A stretch of 48,517 nucleotides of DNA from Myxococcota bacterium (GTDB lineage: Bacteria; Myxococcota_C; UBA6777), in NCBI GenBank assembly GCA_023150835.1, contig JAKLKB010000044.1:1-48517 (forward strand), in the 5' to 3' direction. The notes under the pieces are model-generated. The model had not been told where the DNA came from. It saw only the letters and a program-made list of their open reading frames with translations, and searched no databases. Made by a program: the position numbers and the translations under genes. Below, in pieces: positions 32,434-41,348 of the stretch (the stretch's first letter is position 1; each line of letters starts with the position of its first letter).

Positions 32434-34419
32434 CTAGATGATCTCACACACGCCGCCAGCGCAAGCCACCGTGTCTTGGCGTGCGGTGTGGTCTTGGGTT
32501 TCGAGGATCTGCGAAAAGTCCATCGGGCGGATGTGTTGGTGGTATTGCGCGAAAGTTTGCGCATCACACGCCTCAAACGGTGCTTGTGGGTATCCGCCGC
32601 CGTCATGCGGCAACACCGAAAGCGCCACATAATCGTGCCGATGCCGCCACATCCAACGCCCCACACCTTCCCATTCGTCATCTTTAACGGACACCGTGCA
32701 AGAGATGTTGTTGGTGTTTTCGCCCGTCCGATGGCCCGGGACGATCCAGCGCCGATAGGTATCACGCACGCGCTCCAACAGCGCCAAAGCATCTTCTTGT
32801 TCGCGGGTGACGGCCCCAACAGGCGCTTGGAGCGGCATCTGAAAGACGTGCTCGCGATCAGGCTGATACACGCTGCGCTCCACAAGGGCGGGGAGATGCT
32901 GTTTCAGATAGGCCAAGATCGGTTCGTTGTTGTTGATCACGACACGGCGCAGATAATACGGCGCATGATAGGCGTGGATCCCCGAAGAACAGCCTAACAA
33001 CAAAGAGGTCGTCCCTGCCGGCTTTACTGTCGTACAACGCGCCGAGGGCCGAATCCCCAATGCGCGAGCGATCCGCGCATTTTCTTCCAATACGACGTGT
33101 GCTGCACGTTCGACATCCAAGCCTTCCACGCGCCCTGCTGCGATACCCGTCATCGAAACGCCGATCAATGCGTCTTCTTCGGCACATCGCCGCCACACAG
33201 GCCGCAGAAAATGAAACCCCGTCCAAGCCGCTTGGAGCGTCGCGATCCGCGCTGCTGCGCGACAACGCGCTTCCAAATCCGCTTGATCTTCGACACTTGC
33301 AGCGTTCACCTCCACAAGATTACACAGCCCATACGGTCGCAAGGCGATCTCTGCGCAAGGATTGGTCCCCATCTCCGTACTGTTTGAAAGAAAGATCCCG
33401 GGTTCTCCCGAGCCATTCCCACGCACACGATCCCACAAACGCCAGAATCGCTGTTCTTCCAGCTCTTCTCTTTGCAAGACCACGCTGTTGTTTGCTCGCG
33501 CACGTTGCGGACTGTGGTTCCAAAAGCCCGCTTCTTTTGCGCACAACATATCCTGATCTTCTTCGGAAAACAGGCAGATAAACGATGACCGTCGGATCCC
33601 TCCCGCAAGCACCGCCTCCGAAAGATGGCACAGGATATCATGCGCTTCGATCGGATGCAGCTTGGTTCCCGGCTTTTTGGACAGAAACACCTGCTCCACA
33701 CTCGATAGCGCACGCTTCAGCGGCTCTGCCCCGGGCGCACGCCCTCCCGAAGTCACCAGCGGCGTCCCTTTCGGGCGGATCTCGCTGTAATCAAACACAG
33801 GCAACGCATCGCCCTTAAAAAACGCCCGACACAGCGCATGTACCGCAGAAGACCACCCCTCGATCGTATCCGCCACCAGATGCCGATGTTTGCCGTGCGG
33901 AGCGCGGATATCAGGCAGCTTCGCCACATGATGCTGCTGCACCGAATACCCCACCCCGCAGCCCGACAACAACAAAAACATCGCTTCCGCAAAGAAAAAC
34001 GGATGATCCACAGGCGCAAACGAACAATTGTACATCCGCGATGGATTCTTCTCGATCGCGGCTCCTGCAAACTGCATCGATCGCATCGACGGCAAGACTT
34101 TGCGATCCAACACAAAGCCATACGCATCGGCGATCACCTCGGACAATGCTGGAAAATGCTTGGTGTGCATCGCACGATTGCGACCCACTGTCTCGGCCCA
34201 CGTCTCACGGCGCTGCTGCTCGGGCAGATAACGCGCATATTTCATATAATGGATCATCTCGCTCAACATCTTCGTCGCATCCACACCTGACGCGCCCGCC
34301 AATGTCTCCACGCGATGCCCAGCCCCGCTGTCTTGCCCTCTCAACGCTTCGTGGCTTTGTGACCCCGATGTTTCCTGATTCTGCATCTCCAGCACTTCCG
34401 TCTCAAATACGCGATCCAT
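32434..34419 (-). CDS. nrdJ: Class II (adenosylcobalamin-dependent) ribonucleotide reductase, RTPR-like, no ATP cone
   Basis: KYARY, RRETW, VLPSMR, YNC, LLSGCGVG, GGIRRS, ANNS, GEPG, TNPCAEI, CNL, VKPAGT and C-terminal ACAGGVCE; start uncertain. Confidence 0.9.
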   Translation of the reverse strand: MDRVFETEVLEMQNQETSGSQSHEALRGQDSGAGHRVETLAGASGVDATKMLSEMIHYMKYARYLPEQQRRETWAETVGRNRAMHTKHFPALSEVIADAYGFVLDRKVLPSMRSMQFAGAAIEKNPSRMYNCSFAPVDHPFFFAEAMFLLLSGCGVGYSVQQHHVAKLPDIRAPHGKHRHLVADTIEGWSSAVHALCRAFFKGDALPVFDYSEIRPKGTPLVTSGGRAPGAEPLKRALSSVEQVFLSKKPGTKLHPIEAHDILCHLSEAVLAGGIRRSSFICLFSEEDQDMLCAKEAGFWNHSPQRARANNSVVLQREELEEQRFWRLWDRVRGNGSGEPGIFLSNSTEMGTNPCAEIALRPYGLCNLVEVNAASVEDQADLEARCRAAARIATLQAAWTGFHFLRPVWRRCAEEDALIGVSMTGIAAGRVEGLDVERAAHVVLEENARIARALGIRPSARCTTVKPAGTTSLLLGCSSGIHAYHAPYYLRRVVINNNEPILAYLKQHLPALVERSVYQPDREHVFQMPLQAPVGAVTREQEDALALLERVRDTYRRWIVPGHRTGENTNNISCTVSVKDDEWEGVGRWMWRHRHDYVALSVLPHDGGGYPQAPFEACDAQTFAQYHQHIRPMDFSQILETQDHTARQDTVACAGGVCEII

Positions 34420-34510
34420 CCGCAACTCTCCACGTTCTAGGTTCTAGGTTCCATCCAACGCACAACTTCCGATCCAGCCTTCCCTTTGTAGAAGTCACTT
34501 ATTGGAAAAA

Positions 34511-34628
34511 CCCCTGTGTTCGCGCCGTTTCGAGCGACAGAGTCGTTGGTGTGAAAAACAACGCTCTCTTCGCCCTTCACGGGGTTAAGGAAGCCGCGCT
34601 CCCTTCTGGGGCGTGGGGCAAAGCCCAC
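34511..34628 (-). repeat. Dispersed repeat family B, reverse orientation, in the nrdJ leader
   Basis: CTGTGTTCGC...AGAGTCGTTGGT...GGGGCGTGGGGCAAAGCCCAC. Confidence 0.75.
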
Positions 34629-34800
34629 AAACACCAAACCAACAAGCCACTCCTCCCTTCAATCCAACCCACTCCCCGCCACAACGGGGCTTTCGCCAAA
34701 TACCCCTCACGAATTGCGTTGCTTCGGGAAGTACAAGCCACGCACCCAACACGCCATCCACTTAATCCCCTCTTTTTTCTACTGAATTTCTGCCATCTAA

Positions 34801-34847
34801 AGACTAAGTGTTGTATCACCTTCATGCCGACACACAACATATTGTGG
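34801..34847. promoter_or_regulatory. Tandem NrdR boxes
   Basis: ACACAACATATTGTGG (34832-34847) and weaker AGACTAAGTGTTGTAT (34801-34816), 31 bp apart, upstream of nrdJ. Confidence 0.8.
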
Positions 34848-34858
34848 TATGGAGGCTG

Positions 34859-34887
34859 AGCATAGCCTTGCCTCCTCGATCCGTCAA
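34859..34887 (-). promoter_or_regulatory. Putative sigma70 promoter of nrdJ
   Basis: Minus-strand TTGACG-17 bp-TATGCT directly upstream of the NrdR boxes. Confidence 0.7.
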
Positions 34888-35083
34888 GCAGAATTTTCGC
34901 CTGTTTTTTCACACTCGAATGTATCGAAAAGACTACACTCACGGGCTTTTCCGCGATCGGATCATTTCATGTTTCTGTTGCACGCATCCATAGATGCTGT
35001 TGCTCGCTACCTCGCGGTACAGAGATTGCCGAGCGCGCCACCACCCCGCAACACATCCCCCCTAAACCAAGAAAGAGCCTGCG

Positions 35084-36142
35084 ATGCAAGCCCTAGACAG
35101 CCTTCGTGCAGAGATCCAAACGATCAACGCACAGATCCTTGCCCTGCTTAATCGCCGAGCAACCTTGGTCTGCGATGTCCAAGCACGCAAGACCCAAGAC
35201 GGCCTTCCCACCTACCTTCCCGAACGCGAACAAGCGATGTTGGACGCCCTGCTCGCCCAAAACCAAGGCCCTTTTTCCAACGAGACCATTGCTGCCCTCT
35301 TCAAAGAGATCTTTCGTGCCTCAGTGGCCTTGATGGAACAAACCAAACAAGCCCAAAGCAAACTTCCCCGCGCACCTTCGGGCCAGACCAGACGCATCAC
35401 GATCCGAGGCGCACAGATCGGCGCGGATCCGATCTTGATCGCGGGGCCTTGTTCGATCGAAAGCACCGAACAGATGCAAAAGATCGGCGTCGCTCTCCAA
35501 ACCAAAGGACTGCGATTTGTGCGTGGCGGAGCCTTTAAGCCCCGCACCTCTCCTTACGCCTTCCAAGGTCTCGGAGAAGAAGGTCTGCGCATCTTGCGCG
35601 ATACCGCCCAACGCTTCGACCTGATCAGCGTCACCGAAGTGACAGACACCCGTCGCGTCGGACTCGTCGCCGAATACGCCGATATCCTCCAGATCGGCGC
35701 ACGCAATATGTACAACTACGACCTCCTGCGCGAAGTCGGACGCACCCGTAAACCCGTCCTGCTCAAACGGGCCTTTTCCGCCACCCTCGACGAGGCCCTT
35801 GCTTCCGCCGAATACATCCTTTGCGAAGGCAACGAAGAGGTCATCCTCTGCGAACGCGGTATCCGCACCTTTGAAAAAAACACCCGCAATACCCTCGATA
35901 TCTCCGCGATCCCACTCTGGCGACAAGCCTGCGATCTCCCCGTGATCGTCGATGTCAGCCACGCCGCCGGACGCAAAGATATCCTTCTTCCGCTCGCTCG
36001 TGCCGCCCTTGCTGTCGGCGCTCATGGCGTCATGGTCGAAACTCACCCTTCCCCACAAACCGCCCGCTCTGACGGGCAACAACAACTCACGCTCCCTGAA
36101 TTCCAAACCTTTTTTGAACAACTCTTCCCGCCCAAAGCCTAA
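35084..36142 (+). CDS. Bifunctional chorismate mutase (AroQ) / DAHP synthase type I-beta
   Basis: N-terminal LDSLRAEI..LLNRR..K..PEREQAML..IFRAS, then AGPCS, GGAFKPRTSPYAFQG, QIGARNM, LCERGIRTFE and DVSH. Confidence 0.93.
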   Translation: MQALDSLRAEIQTINAQILALLNRRATLVCDVQARKTQDGLPTYLPEREQAMLDALLAQNQGPFSNETIAALFKEIFRASVALMEQTKQAQSKLPRAPSGQTRRITIRGAQIGADPILIAGPCSIESTEQMQKIGVALQTKGLRFVRGGAFKPRTSPYAFQGLGEEGLRILRDTAQRFDLISVTEVTDTRRVGLVAEYADILQIGARNMYNYDLLREVGRTRKPVLLKRAFSATLDEALASAEYILCEGNEEVILCERGIRTFEKNTRNTLDISAIPLWRQACDLPVIVDVSHAAGRKDILLPLARAALAVGAHGVMVETHPSPQTARSDGQQQLTLPEFQTFFEQLFPPKA

Positions 36143-36154
36143 GGAGCCTCCCCC

Positions 36155-37444
36155 ATGAAGTTTTCTGTCGCCTACAATTTTGACGATGCCCTTCTCGAAG
36201 GCATGAAGCCTTATCCCGTCTATGAAGTCTACGGCAAGCTCACCTCCGACTACTTTGGCGGAGGACGCCCTTCGTTCTATCTACCCGAAGTCGACAAAAA
36301 AGCCCTCGAACGCGCCGTCCAACGTGTCCACACCCAAGGCATCACATTCAACTACTTGCTCAATACGTCCTCCACCAACAACCTCGAATACACCCGCGAA
36401 GGACAACGCGAAGCCGAAGCCCTTCTCGAATGGCTCGTCTCCATCGGCGTCGACTCCGTCACCGTCGCCAATATCTACTTCTTGCGCATGATCAAACACC
36501 GTTATCCTCAACTCAAAGTCCGTATCAGTTCGCACCGATACACCGACAACCCCCGCAAAGTCCGCTTTTGGGTTGAACAAGGGGCCGACTACATCGTCGT
36601 CAGCGAAGTCAATATCCATCGCGAATTCAAGATCCTCGAAGCCATGCGCAAAGCCGCTGGAGACGTCGAACTCCAACTGATCGTCAACAACTGGTGCCGC
36701 CAAGACTGCGCCATCGCTGGAAACCATGCCGCCACCCTCTCCGCCGCTTCGCAAAGCCAGTCCAAAGGCTTCCCCCTCGATTATTGCTCCATCTTGTGCA
36801 ACCACATCCGACTTAGCGCGCCCGTCAATTACCTCCGCGCCAACTGGATCCGCCCCGAAGACCTCCCCATCTACGAAAACCTCGGATACCACAACTTTAA
36901 GATCGTTGAACGAAACACCCCCACACCCTTGCTGCTCCTCCGCCTCAAAGCCTACAGCGAACGCCATTACGACGGAAACCTCCTCGATCTCGTCCAAAAC
37001 TACTCTTATCCCGAAGAAGTTTACAACGAGAAAGACAAAGACTCTTATTCTAACCGCCGTATGCTCAAGTACTTCCTCAAGCCTCACATGGTCAACCTCT
37101 TTAAGATGGGAAAGGTCGTTCGCTTCGGCAAAACTGCCAGCGTCCTCTATCCCCGCCGTGGCCCCAACCCCGTCTACATCGACAACCGCGCTCTCGACGG
37201 CTTTATGGATCGCTTCCTCGCCAAAAGCTGCCAAGATATCGACTGCGAAAGCTGCCGCTATTGTCACCGATGGGCCGACAAAACCGTCTCCATCGACCCC
37301 GCTTGGGCTGCTGAGATGTCCGACATCTACCAAGACCTCTTCAACGAACTCGACGGCGGCGACTTCTGGGATCCCAACCTCCAAACCCTCCTCGAAATGG
37401 CCAAAGACTTCCCCAAACAGATCCTCGGTTCTTCCAATCCCTAA
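36155..37444 (+). CDS. Peptidase U32-family Fe-S protein (putative O2-independent hydroxylase)
   Basis: FNYLLN, GVDSVTVA, ELQLIVNNWCRQDC, YCSILC, WIRPEDL, FKIVER (compare U32 LKIEGR), plus extra C-terminal CQDIDCESCRYC; AAGGAG RBS overlaps the upstream stop. Confidence 0.8.
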   Translation: MKFSVAYNFDDALLEGMKPYPVYEVYGKLTSDYFGGGRPSFYLPEVDKKALERAVQRVHTQGITFNYLLNTSSTNNLEYTREGQREAEALLEWLVSIGVDSVTVANIYFLRMIKHRYPQLKVRISSHRYTDNPRKVRFWVEQGADYIVVSEVNIHREFKILEAMRKAAGDVELQLIVNNWCRQDCAIAGNHAATLSAASQSQSKGFPLDYCSILCNHIRLSAPVNYLRANWIRPEDLPIYENLGYHNFKIVERNTPTPLLLLRLKAYSERHYDGNLLDLVQNYSYPEEVYNEKDKDSYSNRRMLKYFLKPHMVNLFKMGKVVRFGKTASVLYPRRGPNPVYIDNRALDGFMDRFLAKSCQDIDCESCRYCHRWADKTVSIDPAWAAEMSDIYQDLFNELDGGDFWDPNLQTLLEMAKDFPKQILGSSNP

Positions 37445-37457
37445 CCTCGAAGGACTG

Positions 37458-38338
37458 ATACGATATCCGAGTGATGTGTATACGAAGGGTCGTACGTAAA
37501 CGCACTATTCTTGGGCAGCCACGGGGGGCTGCCCCTACGTTTTTAGGATCACGCGCCCTGCGGATTTCGTATGAGCTGTGGGATGGTTTTCGATAGTTGG
37601 CTCGTGCGATGGTTTTGATGGGGCTTTGCCCCAAACCCCACCATAGACGTTCGCCCCTTGACCCCGTATCGGCGAAGAGATCAGCGCCTTTCAAACCGAC
37701 AACTCTCTCGCTTGGACTGCCGCGAACACGGGGTTTTTTGTCTACGGATCGCTCCCGTATGTGTACGCTTCCAACAGATATCGCTGCTTTAGGCACTCTC
37801 TTATACGAAATCCGCCCGTTGCGTGATCGTAAAAATGTAGGGGCAGCCCCCATAGGCGTTAGGTGAAGCTATGGTTGGCCCCCCACCGAAGCCAAAGACC
37901 GCGAACAGGGGAGGGAGAGAACGTCGGAGGCCGCGAGGTTTTGGTGTTCCATGCCGCACGCTGTTTGCACGAGAGAGCGTCTTTGCCTGCTCCAACTTCC
38001 CCCCGTTGGTCGGGGGGAATGAGGGGGGGGGCGACAAAAGAAAGAGCGATCCTCCTCGATTCTCCGATATTTCCGCCTTAACAAGGCGCGTATGGGGGTT
38101 GCCCCTACGTGTTGGAAATCACACGGTGTTTCGTAGGGGCAGGCCCCCGTGCCTGCCCTCGATCTTCGGAGGCCGCGAGGTTTTGGTGTTCCATGCCGCA
38201 CGCTGTTTGCACGAGAGAGCGTCTTTGCCTGCTCCAACTTCCCCCCGTTGGCCGGGGGGAATGAGGGGGGGGGGGCGACAAAAGAAAGAGCGATCCTCCT
38301 CGATTCTCCGATATTTCCGCCTTAACAAGGCGCGTATG
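37458..38338. repeat. Composite repeat cluster: C (37458-37572), B (37619-37733), partial C (37803-37854), A (37850-38097), REP hairpin (38133-38158), duplicated A segment (38166-38338)
   Basis: Direct comparison with other copies; 37924-38094 and 38166-38338 are a near-identical direct repeat of about 171 bp. Confidence 0.9.
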
Positions 38339-38388
38339 CACCTCTTTACGCACACAACGGGCGGATCGAGTAGAAGTCCTTGTTCCCG

Positions 38389-39555
38389 TCAAAACAACAT
38401 CTCTTCCAAAGAGCCGCCCCACCAACGCTCGCGGTCTGCTTCTTCTGCGCGCTTTTGCTGGAGCGCCTCGAACTGCGCAAACCGCTCCGCCGCCTGACAC
38501 AGCCGCTGTCCCGACCACGTGAGCAGATGCCTCTGACTCCACAACCACCCGAGGCTTTGGGGATCTTGCGCGATCTCGGTCGCGAGTTGCAAGTAATCCT
38601 CCGCAAGCTGCGCTTGCGTTTCTTGCGGTAAGCAAGCATACGCAAATAACCGCCAGTTCGACGCTGTTTGCGTGGCCCACCCCTCCTCGGGTTGCTGCTG
38701 GATCTGCGAACGCCGCGTAGGTACACTTGCTGATTCAAGCCGAACATCCGCCCAATAGGGCGATGACCAAAAAACGTCGCTATCTGTATCCCACGTGCGA
38801 TGGACTGATCCATGCAAACTCACACGCTTTAAGGACGGCAGATTCACGGAAGACGCCAACGCGATCCATCCCTTGATTTCGAGCGGTTGATAGCTCAAGT
38901 ACAACGTCTGAAGGTTTGTCAGATGCGGAGACCGCGCCAACGCCTGTAGCCCAAGTCTCCGCAGCTTTCCCGACGGGCAGTGATACGGAAGCGTTGACAT
39001 AAAAAACAGTTTTTGCCGCCCCACAGGGCTTGATGTATGACTCAGATTCAAGCTTTCCAACGATGCAACGTTCGCAGAAACAGCCAGCGCTTGTACCCCT
39101 TCGTCGGTAAATGGATTGGCGTGCAAGTCAAGCTCTCGTAATGACCGTAGATACGGAGACGTGGCGATCGCCGACAGCCCCACATCTCCGATATCGCAAA
39201 AAGCCACCTCCAACACTCGCAAAGACGCCGCTCTCGGAGACGAAGCCAACACCTGCATCCCCGCATCACCTAGCGGATTGCCATCCAACCGCAAGACTTC
39301 CAACGCTTCCAAATGCTCCGAAGCAACAAGCTCACTTAGCCCCTCAGCATCCATCCCCACCGCCATCAACGTAAGCTCTCGAATGTCTCGAAGGTACGGG
39401 CTTTTTGCAAGATGCCTTATCCAGTCTTCTCCTTGGGGTTTTCCCACAAAAGACAACGCGCGTGGAGTCCAAGGCGCTGGCCCTGCTTGCAAAAACGACC
39501 AGAGCAACCACCCAGAAGGCACTTTGTAGGCGGAGCGAGTGATGTCCCAAGGCAT
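38389..39555 (-). CDS. Leucine-rich repeat protein (RNI/Gala-like)
   Basis: Repeats LEVLRLDGNPLGDAGMQVLASSP, LRVLEVAFCDIGDVGLSAIATSP and LRELDLHANPFTDEGVQALA; AGGAGG RBS. Confidence 0.85.
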   Translation of the reverse strand: MPWDITRSAYKVPSGWLLWSFLQAGPAPWTPRALSFVGKPQGEDWIRHLAKSPYLRDIRELTLMAVGMDAEGLSELVASEHLEALEVLRLDGNPLGDAGMQVLASSPRAASLRVLEVAFCDIGDVGLSAIATSPYLRSLRELDLHANPFTDEGVQALAVSANVASLESLNLSHTSSPVGRQKLFFMSTLPYHCPSGKLRRLGLQALARSPHLTNLQTLYLSYQPLEIKGWIALASSVNLPSLKRVSLHGSVHRTWDTDSDVFWSSPYWADVRLESASVPTRRSQIQQQPEEGWATQTASNWRLFAYACLPQETQAQLAEDYLQLATEIAQDPQSLGWLWSQRHLLTWSGQRLCQAAERFAQFEALQQKRAEEADRERWWGGSLEEMLF

Positions 39556-39568
39556 CCCAGCCTCCTTC

Positions 39569-40564
39569 TCATGGAAACAGCGTCCGAAGGGCGCGCAGCA
39601 AAGCCGCAGGACCGGGGCGATCGCCTTTGCGCAGCCGACGCCGCTGTTCGATGTGGACAAAGAAACTGTTTTCGCTGTACGCGTTAGCAGAGCAAGGGGT
39701 TGAAGATCCGTGAGAGTGGCGTCCTTGCACGTTGGTCGTAGCGCAGAGTCGGACACGACCTTTCTTTTTGGTGCGATTGCAACTGCGAGCCAAAAACAGT
39801 CCGGCTTCGCGCAACTCACGATTCAGAGCCACAGTCAATCGGTTGGACAACGAACCCGCGAGCGGGCGCTTTGTGCTGTCGGAGAGGTACGCCGAGGGTT
39901 GGTGGGGACGGTATGTGAAACCGTGAAGCTGAAGAACCACAAATCGGGGACGAAGCGAAGCGACGGCCTGATGCGCGGTATGAAAATAGCTCTCCGTAAA
40001 ATGAGCCGCGTCAGAGATCCGATAGCCACCTTTGCAAACACGTGTTTTGCCAGAACACGGTGTCAATTGGCGATGGTTACAACGTTGCAAAGAAGCCACC
40101 ATCAGCAAACGAGGCGACAAATGGCGCAACAGATAAGCTCCTTGGGTATGCGTTGCGTGATCGACGATCGGATGCGGTACCTGCAAGACGAGCATCCGAC
40201 GAGGAGCTTTTGCAGGGGTCAGATAGATCCCTTTCCCTCGGCTTGGGGTTTGCGCTTCTTGGAGCAGCCAAAATGCTTTGTGGGTGGCTGTGTCAACCAG
40301 ACGGGACAAGCGCATCTCAAAACGCCTCGCTTGTTTTTGTACCTTTTGAAAGTCTCGCAGCATGAAAGCCCGAATCAATCGACGAAACGCCGCCTTGTCC
40401 TGCTTGGCGATCGGTTGAAACTGATCACCAAACGCTTGACCGTAATCTTGGGATTCGATCCACGAGACGAGATCCACACGACGCTCGATCAAAGGCTCCC
40501 CAAACGCTCGATGGTGAGTACCCACCAAAAAGGCCACCAATAACCCGATCACGACGAGACCCAT
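39569..40564 (-). CDS. Secreted hypothetical protein, possible metal-dependent hydrolase
   Basis: Hydrophobic N-terminus; QVPHP, SDAAH, QLHGF and FVHIEQ motifs; paired Cys; function inferred only. Confidence 0.65.
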   Translation of the reverse strand: MGLVVIGLLVAFLVGTHHRAFGEPLIERRVDLVSWIESQDYGQAFGDQFQPIAKQDKAAFRRLIRAFMLRDFQKVQKQARRFEMRLSRLVDTATHKAFWLLQEAQTPSRGKGIYLTPAKAPRRMLVLQVPHPIVDHATHTQGAYLLRHLSPRLLMVASLQRCNHRQLTPCSGKTRVCKGGYRISDAAHFTESYFHTAHQAVASLRPRFVVLQLHGFTYRPHQPSAYLSDSTKRPLAGSLSNRLTVALNRELREAGLFLARSCNRTKKKGRVRLCATTNVQGRHSHGSSTPCSANAYSENSFFVHIEQRRRLRKGDRPGPAALLRALRTLFP

Positions 40565-40609
40565 GTTTCTTCTCAAGATCTGTACCCTCTCTTTCGCTCC
40601 AAGGACTTG

Positions 40610-40722
40610 TACGAAATCCGAGTGAAGTGCATACAAGGCATCGTTTGTCGACGCCCGATTATTAGGCTGCCACAAGGGGCTGCCTCGACCTCTTTACGAT
40701 CACACAACGAACGGATTTCGTA
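40610..40722 (+). repeat. Repeat family C copy
   Basis: TACGAAATCCGAGTGA...GGCTGCCACAAGGGGCTGCC...CGGATTTCGTA. Confidence 0.85.
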
Positions 40723-40860
40723 TGGTGCCATATCCGAAAGATTTGCGCTAGGCTTCTCGTTACGACGCCCTGCGACCGCCCTGTTCTTGGGCTGCGACAA
40801 GGGGCTGGTGAACCTTCTATCGATCACACTCGGCGGATCTCGTGTGTGCCACACCAACAT

Positions 40861-40932
40861 CAACCTTGGTCATCGGCTCAGGAACCTTGGATCGCCATAC
40901 ACCAAACTTCGTCACACACACACGAACCCCGA
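40861..40932 (-). repeat. Degenerate 21-bp phased array, inverted relative to 41094-41271
   Basis: AACCTTGG cores at 40862 and 40883, degenerate cores at 40904 and 40925. Confidence 0.6.
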
Positions 40933-41093
40933 AACAGCAAGATTTGAGCTTTGGCTTTGGCCCTGCCTCCCTTTGACCTTTGTATGCGGTGTTTGGGTCG
41001 GTCTTTTTTGTAGCGTTGCATCTCTATGAGATATCTTGCTTTTTGAGTTCAAGAGCAAAAATCTGGCCCCTCCAGCACGCTATTTTTCAAAAA

Positions 41094-41271
41094 CCAAGAT
41101 TCCTCTCTCGTTATCCAACGTTCCCCACCCACAAACCAAGGTTCCTCTCTCGTTGTCCAAGGTTCCTCTCTTGTTGTCCAAGGTTCCTCTCTCGTTGTCC
41201 AAGGTTCCTCTCTCGTTGTCCAAGGTTCCTCTTTCGTTGCCCAAGGTTCCTCTTTCGTTGTCCAAGACTCC
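41094..41271 (+). repeat. 21-bp tandem array, about 9 units
   Basis: Consensus CCAAGGTTCCTCTCTCGTTGT at 41094, 41115, 41136, 41157, 41178, 41199, 41220, 41241 and 41262. Confidence 0.95.
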
Positions 41272-41348
41272 TTGCAGGCTTCACACAAGACGTTGTATCA
41301 TGGGGCCACTGTTTGAGGACCTGTACAGCAAACCCGAAGGATATCCCA

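Noticed and set aside
34420-34800. Cobalamin riboswitch in the nrdJ leader
   Set aside because: No GGGAA...GCxACTG core recognised; part of the region is a family B repeat
37341-38497. ORFs in the repeat cluster (also 50-633, 43018-43930 and 47677-48292)
   Set aside because: Translations of dispersed repeats, giving the same peptides at several loci; no transposase motifs
41094-41271. CRISPR or mini-array with spacers
   Set aside because: The 21-bp period is too short and most inter-core segments are near-identical; kept as a phased tandem array
40980-41348. N-terminal RFLSRCP repeats as part of a 432-aa protein
   Set aside because: The repeat is open in several frames on both strands; a better RBS and ATG lie at 41349
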